This document shows positions 24,900-31,826 of a stretch of 31,826 nt of DNA, one piece after another (position 1 is the stretch's first letter; each line of letters starts with the position of its first letter). The notes under the pieces are model-generated. The model was not told the DNA's origin, did not search any database, and was given only the letters and a program-made list of their open reading frames with translations. The DNA comes from Methanomicrobia archaeon. GTDB lineage: Archaea > Methanobacteriota_B > Thermococci > Methanofastidiosales > NM3. The DNA is taken from contig DSAJ01000112.1 in the NCBI GenBank assembly GCA_011372835.1, forward strand, positions 1-31,826, read 5' to 3'. Both the position numbers and the translations under genes were made by a program.

Positions 24900-25493
24900 T
24901 TAGATTCCTTCCTGTCGAGCGAATGCATGGTGTCCGTTCATGTCGATGAGCTGCTTGGCCTCGGTGACCTTGGCCAGCGAGACTGACATCTCATCTGCGA
25001 TGCGCTCCACGTCGTAGCCCTTGTAGTAGAGGGCCGAAAACTCCGTCATGTCGATGGCGGTGCTGTTGGAGCGCAGTCCGAGCCGTTCGCGTCGATAGTT
25101 GACGGCGGCGGGCGTGACCTGGAGGATCGATGCGATCTCCTTGTCTGGTAGGCTTTCATGGTAGAGCCTTAAAAAATCTTCGTCAGTGAACTTGGTCCTC
25201 ACGTAGTTCGACTTGAGCCCGAGCCGTTCGCGTCGATAGTTGACGGTCGACTGGGTCACACCGAGCACCGATGCGATCTCCTTGTCGGTAAGGCCCTCGT
25301 TGCACAGTGCGGCGATGATCTTGTCCCCGACGCCGGCGCGCTTAAAATTAGTCTTGAGGCCCAGCTTGCACCTCCTGTAGTTGACGGCCGCTTGTGAGAC
25401 TCCAAGCCCCTCGGCGATCTCGCGGTCGGTAAGCCCCTGATCGTAGAGTTCCAAAAGCTGCTCGTCGCTGAACTTGGAGGGCTTCCTGGGCAT
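24900..25493 (-). CDS. Protein with four tandem HTH repeats
   Basis: Start at ATG 25493. Repeats LY..GLTDREIA..LGVS..AVNYRR..LGL.SN occur three times, plus one degenerate copy. DNA-level repeat GAGCCGTTCGCGTCGATAGTTGACGG near 25080 and 25221. Confidence 0.8.
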   Translation of the reverse strand: MPRKPSKFSDEQLLELYDQGLTDREIAEGLGVSQAAVNYRRCKLGLKTNFKRAGVGDKIIAALCNEGLTDKEIASVLGVTQSTVNYRRERLGLKSNYVRTKFTDEDFLRLYHESLPDKEIASILQVTPAAVNYRRERLGLRSNSTAIDMTEFSALYYKGYDVERIADEMSVSLAKVTEAKQLIDMNGHHAFARQEGI

Positions 25494-25553
25494 ACTATGA
25501 CTATGCCAAATCCACCATAAAAACCTTGCGGGGGATGAACGTCTCTGGAACAA

Positions 25554-26222
25554 CTAGAGCGGGAGGTGATTGACCACCGTCATCGCCGCCCCTGTGGCGA
25601 TGGGGATGGTGAGGTTGTCGTTCAATCGAAACGTCACAAGCTCGCTCAGGGCGCCAACGATCCCGCCCGCGATGGCGACTATTGGCGTGAGGAGTATCAC
25701 GCAGATGAGCGTGCTCACGGCGAGGCACCCGAGGAATCCCTCGAGCGTCTTCTTGCCATAGATGCGGTGCCGGCCGAACGTCATGCCGATCATCGCCGCC
25801 GCGCTGTCGCCGATGACGAGCACTGCTATCGCAGCGATGGCGATGTTTTTCGGGAAAAGGAGGATGGAGATGAACGCGCCGAGCGCGAAATAGGTCTGAC
25901 CGCCAAGGGTGTGGCGCTCCTCTGAGCGCAAGAGCGGCTTGAACGTGGGGATGGAGACGTCGCGCTGGATCTCGCGTTTCCCGTCGAGGGACTTGAGGCG
26001 TATCGAAGTGTTGTAGCTCTCGCGCTCGAAGAAGTAGCTGATATACTTGTTCTTGTTGTAGATCCGGGTGTAGTCGATGATCAAGAACGCGCCGAGCGCA
26101 AGCCCGGTGAACACGAGCAGTTCGGTCCTCGTGAAGACGAAGTAGTAGAGAACGGGTATGATGAGGCCGACGTAGTGTATGCGCTTCCTCTTGGCCTCAA
26201 GGACTACCTCCTCCGAAAACAT
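25554..26222 (-). CDS. CTP-dependent polyprenol/phytol/diacylglycerol kinase family (SEC59/VTE5/DGK1-like)
   Basis: RKRIH, GDSAAAMIG..FGRH....KKTLEG, DNLTIP; polytopic membrane protein. Confidence 0.85.
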   Translation of the reverse strand: MFSEEVVLEAKRKRIHYVGLIIPVLYYFVFTRTELLVFTGLALGAFLIIDYTRIYNKNKYISYFFERESYNTSIRLKSLDGKREIQRDVSIPTFKPLLRSEERHTLGGQTYFALGAFISILLFPKNIAIAAIAVLVIGDSAAAMIGMTFGRHRIYGKKTLEGFLGCLAVSTLICVILLTPIVAIAGGIVGALSELVTFRLNDNLTIPIATGAAMTVVNHLPL

Positions 26223-26253
26223 GGTGCTCGCTTCCCGTCATGGGTCTGACGAC

Positions 26254-26556
26254 CTATCTGTAGGTGCTAAACCGCGAGAGGAGTCGATTCAGCTTCTTTG
26301 CGACCTCGGAAGGGATGATGCCTTCCTCCTCCTTCTCGTTGATGTAGTTCTTTGCGTCCCTGACGCTTTGTTTCGTGGCCTTGGCATAGATCATGCCCTT
26401 GACCTGCGCGGCGTTCTTCTCGTCGAGTTCGTTAATAAGCTGGTCTAGATCGTACTTGAAGTCATCAATGCGCCTCATGTTGAGGCATTGCTTCTTCTTT
26501 GATTTCTTGCCTGCGATCTTTTGTTTTGAGTCTCTGTATCTTCTGGGCAGTGCCAT
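26254..26556 (-). CDS. Hypothetical basic helical protein, 100 aa
   Basis: Start at ATG 26556, 4 nt after the tbp stop. The ORF-track N-terminal extension is a shadow frame of tbp. Sequence MALPRRYRDSKQKIAGKKSKKK...AKATKQSVRDAKNYINEKEEEGII...LLSRFSTYR. Confidence 0.7.
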   Translation of the reverse strand: MALPRRYRDSKQKIAGKKSKKKQCLNMRRIDDFKYDLDQLINELDEKNAAQVKGMIYAKATKQSVRDAKNYINEKEEEGIIPSEVAKKLNRLLSRFSTYR

Positions 26557-26560
26557 TGTT

Positions 26561-27127
26561 TCACCTAACTTCGATGCCGATGTCCTCGAGCTCCTCGACG
26601 AGCTTCTTGATCCCGTTGTCGACATCGTCCTTGCTCTTCGCGCCGGCGCACACGATACGACCCGTGTTGAAGATGAGGATCGCCACCTTTGGCACCTTGA
26701 CGCGGTAGACGAGTCCTGGGAACTGCTCCGGCTCGTATTCGCAGTTCTCGAGTTCGAAGACAAGATTCTCGAGGTCGAGCTCGACATCGAGATTTGCGGT
26801 TGCTACCATGTTTTGTAATTTGAGGTCGGGTTCCTGATTGATCTCGAACCCGATGTTACGAAGATTATCGATGATGATGTGTATGGCGCGTTCTGCATCG
26901 GACACGGACTTGGCCCCCGTGCAGATGAGCTTGCCAGTCGAGAACACGAGCGTGGAGGTCTTTGGTTCTCCAAGCTTGTAGACGAGTCCCGGGAACTGCT
27001 CCGGCTCGAATTCGGTGTTCTCTATGCGAGCTGTGATGGTGTTGAGGTCAAGGTCGGCATGAATATCGGCTGAAACTACAACATTTACAATCTTTGATTC
27101 AATATGAAAATTATCTTCCTCACTCAT
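26561..27127 (-). CDS. tbp: TATA-box-binding protein
   Basis: Two direct repeats: IVNVVVS/LQNMVAT, FEPEQFPGLVYK/YEPEQFPGLVYR, LVFSTGKLICTGAKS/LIFNTGRIVCAGAKS. Acidic tail. Confidence 0.98.
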   Translation of the reverse strand: MSEEDNFHIESKIVNVVVSADIHADLDLNTITARIENTEFEPEQFPGLVYKLGEPKTSTLVFSTGKLICTGAKSVSDAERAIHIIIDNLRNIGFEINQEPDLKLQNMVATANLDVELDLENLVFELENCEYEPEQFPGLVYRVKVPKVAILIFNTGRIVCAGAKSKDDVDNGIKKLVEELEDIGIEVR

Positions 27128-27131
27128 GAAA

Positions 27132-27470
27132 TCATTCCTTTACTATTTCATAGACAAATTTGCCCTTCTTGTTCTTGCTTTCCCTCTTTTGCACCTTTGA
27201 CTCAGCTTCGAGTTCCTCGAGTGCCTTCTCAGCCTCTTCCGGAGTGGCCTTGCTCTTGTACTTCTTGGCAAGGGTCGCAAGTGATGTGGCGCCGCTGCGC
27301 TTGATGTACTTGAGGAACAGCTGCTTGATGTCGTCGTCTTCCTCGGCGGCCGCGGCCTTCTGCTGCGCCTTTTGCAGACATGACTCGCAGATGCCGTTCT
27401 CATCGAGCTCGTCGTCCTGGTACCACTTCTTGCATTTCTCACACCTAACCAATGTCACCATTGCCATCAT
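27132..27470 (-). CDS. Hypothetical protein: CxxC-x14-CxxC Zn finger plus winged-helix-like domain
   Basis: CEKC...CESC. C-terminal IKQLFLKYIKRSGATSLATLAKKY...EEAEKALEELEAESKV...GKFVYEI. Ends 4 nt before the tbp start. Confidence 0.7.
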   Translation of the reverse strand: MMAMVTLVRCEKCKKWYQDDELDENGICESCLQKAQQKAAAAEEDDDIKQLFLKYIKRSGATSLATLAKKYKSKATPEEAEKALEELEAESKVQKRESKNKKGKFVYEIVKE

Positions 27471-27493
27471 GAATCACCGATGTTACGTAAAAA

Positions 27494-27524
27494 GCTCTAT
27501 CCTTTTTATGCTCTATCCTTTTAT
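27494..27524. repeat. Tandem direct repeat GCTCTATCCTTTT(T)AT x2 at the tbp-operon promoter
   Basis: Copies at 27494-27509 and 27510-27524, overlapping a minus-strand TATA-like CTTATAAAAG (27527-27518). Confidence 0.7.
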
Positions 27525-27578
27525 AAGTATTTCCCTTTAAAAGTCTTTAAAAAGAGAATCTGCCCCCTTTATAAATGA

Positions 27579-27716
27579 TTATTTTGTCTTACCCGGCATG
27601 CATTCAATACACACACCCACACTGCTCCGTATGCACGAGGGGCATACGTTCCTCTGGCAGAGCAGGCATTCACGCAGCAGGTGTGCGTTCTTTCCACATA
27701 TCTCACATCGTTCCAT
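27579..27716 (-). CDS. 45-aa small Zn-finger protein, four CxxC motifs
   Basis: Hand translation: MERCEICGKNAHLLRECLLCQRNVCPSCIRSSVGVCIECMPGKTK. GGTGA SD upstream; starts 6 nt after the carS stop. Not in the ORF track. Confidence 0.8.
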   Translation of the reverse strand: MERCEICGKNAHLLRECLLCQRNVCPSCIRSSVGVCIECMPGKTK

Positions 27717-27722
27717 ATTCGT

Positions 27723-28238
27723 TCACCACGGTACGTCCTTTAAGCCGACCTTGTTGCTCATCACGTTGGTGCCGTAGTGGATAAGGGGTGTTAGGACAAA
27801 GAGGATAACGATGTCTGTCACGGGTGGAATATATATTATAGATGCGAACACCAAAGCGCCGATGAGAAAGTCCCACTGGTCGAGCAGAGGAAGGGGCCGC
27901 CCCCTGGCTATGCCCATCCTCCGCTTGAAGAAGCTCTCGGTCATGTCGCCGAAGAGCGCGCCGAATCCGAGAAGGAATCCAAGGAGCAGCGCATCCGCAT
28001 ACGAAGCATCGGCGATGGGAAAGAGCTCGGGGGCAAGGAGGAACTGGACAAGCGACATGGCCATCGCAAGCGACGTTCCGGCGAGAAATCCGCCGTACGT
28101 CACGCCGTCGCCCACGATGCGCCTGCCGTCCCACGCAAGGCGGCCGCCGTCGACCGGCTTCGTGTTGTGGATGGCGCACGCGCCGCCGTTGGCGACATAA
28201 GCGGGCAGGATGAACCATATTGCAGCAAGGAGACCCAC
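27723..28238 (-). CDS. carS: CDP-archaeol synthase
   Basis: LPAYVANG, PVDGG....DGRRIVGDG, GALFGDMTESFFKRR, PLLDQWDF, GLKDVPW. Confidence 0.93.
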   Translation of the reverse strand: MGLLAAIWFILPAYVANGGACAIHNTKPVDGGRLAWDGRRIVGDGVTYGGFLAGTSLAMAMSLVQFLLAPELFPIADASYADALLLGFLLGFGALFGDMTESFFKRRMGIARGRPLPLLDQWDFLIGALVFASIIYIPPVTDIVILFVLTPLIHYGTNVMSNKVGLKDVPW

Positions 28239-28332
28239 GTAATAACCTCCCTACTAGCACTCAGGACACGTTTTTAAACCTTTCTTAAATGGTGCTGTCT
28301 TTTTTTGCACCTCTGATCGCGAAGCACGTGGC

Positions 28333-29220
28333 TCAGTGGCGCGTCGACTGTATGGTGAATATGCCCCCGATCACGAGCGCAAGGCCCACGAGCATCGCGA
28401 CAGTTGCCTCTTCCGAGAGGAGCGCGATGGAGAGCATGACGGCAAAGATCGGCATCAGAAGCTTGAACGCCGTGGCGTTGACGACACCAACGATGCGAAG
28501 CGAGTAGTTGAACACGATGTAGACGAGCGCGGTGGGAACGACACCGATATAAGCTGCGATCGCCCACTGGGGCACGGTAAGGTCGCCAAGCTCAGGTGCC
28601 GCACCGTATCCCACGAGCGCAAGGGTGAGTATGACAAGGCCGAAGACCATTGTGTAGAACGTCGCGGTCGTGCTCCCGTACTTGTTGACGTATCCCTTCA
28701 TATATATCGAGTAGATGCCCATGGCAAGCGCAGCGCATATCAGCAGCATGTCACCGATAAAATATTCTTCTGACACGATGCTTCCAAGCGACTCCCCGTT
28801 CGTGATGACGAGCACGAGGCCTGCCACCCCCACGAGTGCGCCAGCGATGCGCCGTTTCGTGAAATGCTCCTTGATGAGCCATGGCGACAGGAACGCAACG
28901 AATATGGCCTGGGAGTTGACGATGATCGAGGACGATGACGCGGTGGAGCGGGCGAGTCCGCTGTAGAGCAGGAACGTGAACCCCGCGATGCCCAGCGCGC
29001 CGAGCCCGACGAGGCGGGACACATCGGCGCGTTCGACTCGCCGTGCGAGGGAGAAGGGCACGAGCGCGATGACGGCGAAGAAGTATCGCAAGAACGAGAG
29101 CGTCAGCGGGGATATCGTCTCGGTAAGATGCTTTGAACCGGGAAAGAACGTTGCCCAGAGGAACATGGTCACGACGAGCACGACGTACCACTTCCCGTAT
29201 CCGGAGTCCATGCTTTTCAC
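28333..29220 (-). CDS. EamA/DMT-family transporter
   Basis: Two EamA repeats (LWATFFPGSK...LSFLRY; PIFAVMLSIALLSE), about 10 TM helices. Confidence 0.88.
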   Translation of the reverse strand: MKSMDSGYGKWYVVLVVTMFLWATFFPGSKHLTETISPLTLSFLRYFFAVIALVPFSLARRVERADVSRLVGLGALGIAGFTFLLYSGLARSTASSSSIIVNSQAIFVAFLSPWLIKEHFTKRRIAGALVGVAGLVLVITNGESLGSIVSEEYFIGDMLLICAALAMGIYSIYMKGYVNKYGSTTATFYTMVFGLVILTLALVGYGAAPELGDLTVPQWAIAAYIGVVPTALVYIVFNYSLRIVGVVNATAFKLLMPIFAVMLSIALLSEEATVAMLVGLALVIGGIFTIQSTRH

Positions 29221-29975
29221 TTCTTCCGAGCGAATGAGAGGTAGCCGGTGTGCCCGAGCATGAGCGTTTTAGGTCTCGTGCCGGTGCGTTTGACCTCGTA
29301 CTCCCTCGTGATGCATTCGATCGTCGTCACCTCAACCCAGAGGTCCCTGTCGAGCGAGTCGTAGAGGCGCGTGACCTGTTCGATGGTGGGCGAGAACGAG
29401 AACAGGTGCCCGCCGTGCTTGAGCGCCTTGTGGGCGTGGTCGGTGACGCGGTGCGGTTCGGGGAGGTCGAGCGCGACGAGGTCGATGCCGTGCTCCTCGA
29501 TGCCATCGTAGATGTCCTGGCGGCGTATGGTGTAGTTGGTCACCCCGTAGCCGTCGAGATTCTTCTGAGCGAGATTGGCGAAGTCGTCGCGTATCTCATA
29601 GGACGTGACGTGCCCGTCGGGCGCCACTGCCGTCGCGAGAAAGAGCGTGAGCGCGCCGGAGCCGACGCCGGCCTCGACGACGCGCTTGCCGTTGGAAAGA
29701 CCCGTGTGGGCGATGATCTGGCATGCGTCCTTGAGCTGGATCGTCTGGGGAAGCTTTTTCATCTTCTGTAGGTAGTCGACAAGCGTTGGCTCGAGCACCG
29801 AGAACTCGCGGTTCATATGCGTCACGGCCGCGAATCCCGGTTCCTTGCCCTCGATCTCGGTAAGGTCCACGATGCCGTGGTGCGTGTGGAGCGTCTCCCG
29901 CTCCCCGAGGTCGAGCATGAACTTCTTGCCCTTCTCGTCGACGAGAAGCACCCTGTCGCCCTTTTTAAATGGCAT
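29217..29975 (-). CDS. trmI: tRNA (adenine-N1)-methyltransferase TrmI
   Basis: HTHHG, QTIQLKDA, VVEAGVGSGALT, YEIRDDFA, LDLPEP, FSPTIEQV, GHTGYLSFARK. Confidence 0.93.
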   Translation of the reverse strand: MPFKKGDRVLLVDEKGKKFMLDLGERETLHTHHGIVDLTEIEGKEPGFAAVTHMNREFSVLEPTLVDYLQKMKKLPQTIQLKDACQIIAHTGLSNGKRVVEAGVGSGALTLFLATAVAPDGHVTSYEIRDDFANLAQKNLDGYGVTNYTIRRQDIYDGIEEHGIDLVALDLPEPHRVTDHAHKALKHGGHLFSFSPTIEQVTRLYDSLDRDLWVEVTTIECITREYEVKRTGTRPKTLMLGHTGYLSFARKK

Positions 29976-30178
29976 ATCCTTTCAGTTTCCGCACTGGTAT
30001 TAAAATGTATCGATGAGCGCCGCGACACGAAATGATGCCCCTCGTGCATGTGCTTGACGGAGCCTTGATGCGGTGTCGATAGGTTTAAAAAGCGGCATAT
30101 GCGATGTTTAGGTATTACAACGGTGAACCCATCTGTTCAACCGGTCCCTCAAACGGACGATCCTGACGTGGTGAGCTG

Positions 30179-31072
30179 ATGAATCTGGATGAGATTATTG
30201 ATAGGATCAACATTACTGGCAGGGACAGAAGGATTCTGATAGGATTTCCCCTCATATTGCTTCTATTATCTGTCATCGTAATCGCAACGAACGGCATGAC
30301 ATTTGGTACCGACCTCGAGGGCGGTACACAGATAACGATCACGAACCTGTCGGTAGACGCCGACACGCTGCAGCAGGAGCTGCAGGACCGTTTCAACTCG
30401 GCCCAGCTCAAGGTCAAGCCGGCACCGGGATTGCAGACGGACCTCATCTTCGTCGAGGCACCAACGAGCATCCCCTCGGGTGAGCTGGAATCGTTTTTCA
30501 GAGATAATTACCCGGGGGCCGACCTCTCGTTTTCCGTCTTCGATGCGACGGTGAGCAGCAGCTTCAGGGAACAGGCGACCCAGGCTCTCATCTTCGCGTT
30601 CATCGGCATGTCGATCATCGTCTTCATCGTCTTCCGCTCCCCCGTGCCCAGCCTTGCGGTGGTGCTCTCGGCCATCTCCGACATCACCATCACGGTGGCG
30701 ATCATGAGCGCGCTTGGCATCACGCTCACGCTTGGCACGATAGCTGCGCTGCTTATGGTCATCGGGTATTCCGTCGACTCGGACATCCTGCTTACCACGA
30801 GGCTCATCAAGCGCCGCGGCGAGCTCAATGACAAGGTGCGCCGCGCAATGAAGACCGGCGTCACGATGACGCTCACCACGCTTGCGGCCATGTTCGTGCT
30901 CTGGATCGTCTCGCAGCACCCGACGCTTGATTCGATAGCCATCGTGCTCATCTTCGCACTCGTCATCGATCTCATCAACACGTGGATGTTAAACACAGGC
31001 ATCCTGATGTGGTATATCGAGAACAAGGAGGGCAAGAAGCTCTCACGACGCAAGAGGAGGAGTTCGGCATGA
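30179..31072 (+). CDS. secF: Protein translocase subunit SecF
   Basis: FGTDLEGGT, VFRSPVPSLAVV, AALLMVIGYSVDSDILLTTR, N-terminal TM plus five C-terminal TMs. Confidence 0.93.
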   Translation: MNLDEIIDRINITGRDRRILIGFPLILLLLSVIVIATNGMTFGTDLEGGTQITITNLSVDADTLQQELQDRFNSAQLKVKPAPGLQTDLIFVEAPTSIPSGELESFFRDNYPGADLSFSVFDATVSSSFREQATQALIFAFIGMSIIVFIVFRSPVPSLAVVLSAISDITITVAIMSALGITLTLGTIAALLMVIGYSVDSDILLTTRLIKRRGELNDKVRRAMKTGVTMTLTTLAAMFVLWIVSQHPTLDSIAIVLIFALVIDLINTWMLNTGILMWYIENKEGKKLSRRKRRSSA

Positions 31073-31826
31073 ACATCACGAGGACGATCATGGGGAATCT
31101 GCGGGTCGTGCTCTGGCTCATCATGCTCATCGGCGCGCTCGTGGCGATCAGCCCTACATACGGGGGCGACGGATTCTCGTCGAATCTGGAGTTTGGCATC
31201 GAGATCGAGGGCGGCTCGACGATCATCCTCGAGCTGCAGGGAAATCTCGTCCAGCTGCAGGGTGAACGCGACCTCATCGTCGAACACCTCATCGAGCAGA
31301 GCGCCGAGGTCGACATCACGAAGGTGTCGTCCAACGACGAGACGATCACCTATTCGGTGGACGACCTCGCTTCAGTAAAGAATGACATCACGCTTGCGAC
31401 GACATGGGCAACGACGACGTTTGATGAGGACGAGAACACGTTCACCGTCGAGGTGACCGTCAATCAGGCACATGCGCAGCTGCTCTCGTCGGTCACCAAC
31501 GGCAGCAAGGTGACGCTCGTGTCGTTCGAGGATGCGGAATGGTTCGAGGTGCGCCGCTCCCTCACCGAAGAGGAGGAGCAGATGATAAACGAGATGACGC
31601 GCGATGAGTTCGAGGAACACCTCCTTGGATGGTACGACGAGCAGCTCGGCGACCTCGCAACGGTCACGGCGCTGCAAAACCGCGTCTCGCCACAGACGAC
31701 CCAGGAGACCCGCGACATTCTCTCCACGAAGCTCAACTACCTTGGTCTTGCCGACATTCCCGTCAAGACGATCTCTGACAATCGCTACATCGAGGTGGAG
31801 TTCGCCGCTACCGAGCTCGAACAGGC
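31069..31826 (+). CDS. secD: Protein translocase subunit SecD, N-terminal part (runs off window end)
   Basis: Hand translation from ATG 31069, open to the window end: TM1, NLEFGIEIEGGS, and later SPQTTQETRDILSTKLNYLGLADIPV. Overlaps the secF stop by 4 nt. Confidence 0.88.
   Translation, partial: MNITRTIMGNLRVVLWLIMLIGALVAISPTYGGDGFSSNLEFGIEIEGGSTIILELQGNLVQLQGERDLIVEHLIEQSAEVDITKVSSNDETITYSVDDLASVKNDITLATTWATTTFDEDENTFTVEVTVNQAHAQLLSSVTNGSKVTLVSFEDAEWFEVRRSLTEEEEQMINEMTRDEFEEHLLGWYDEQLGDLATVTALQNRVSPQTTQETRDILSTKLNYLGLADIPVKTISDNRYIEVEFAATELEQ

Noticed and set aside
30179-31826. secF preceding secD (reverse of the bacterial order)
   Set aside because: The secF-secD order is known in archaea such as haloarchaea; not unusual.

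Overview
Archaeal chromosomal window, GC-rich coding regions with very AT-rich intergenic spacers and strong GGAGGT/GGTGA Shine-Dalgarno sites. Markers: tbp, srp54, rpoK, fen, EF-1beta, carS, isopentenyl phosphate kinase, trmI, secF/secD. A euryarchaeote is inferred; a Methanofastidiosia/Theionarchaea-like lineage is plausible but not demonstrated. Most of it is housekeeping: a cobalamin/Fe-chelate ABC importer, PiT, ipk, argGH, a prenyl synthase, information-processing genes and Sec genes. No rRNA, tRNA, CRISPR array or mobile element was recognised. Six genes absent from the supplied ORF track were read by hand: a partial PfkB kinase, a 23-aa Lys-rich peptide, rpoK, two small Zn-finger proteins and a partial secD. 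Less ordinary parts: (i) an 8-kb two-gene surface locus with a 2135-aa secreted protein of about 19 beta-sandwich modules and no membrane anchor, followed by a membrane-anchored NEW3/CARDB/helical-stalk partner; (ii) a fasciclin domain fused to the ABC binding protein, behind a repeat-rich promoter; (iii) a CWB2-TM-wHTH membrane regulator divergent from an AAA+-wHTH/AbrB pair; (iv) several uncharacterised nucleic-acid-binding candidates around tbp and srp54, with a tandem repeat at the tbp-operon TATA box; (v) a standalone SPKK-containing micro-peptide gene; (vi) eukaryote-like GGPP synthase and ArgG sequences. Family assignments rest on recognised motifs only; no database searches were run.
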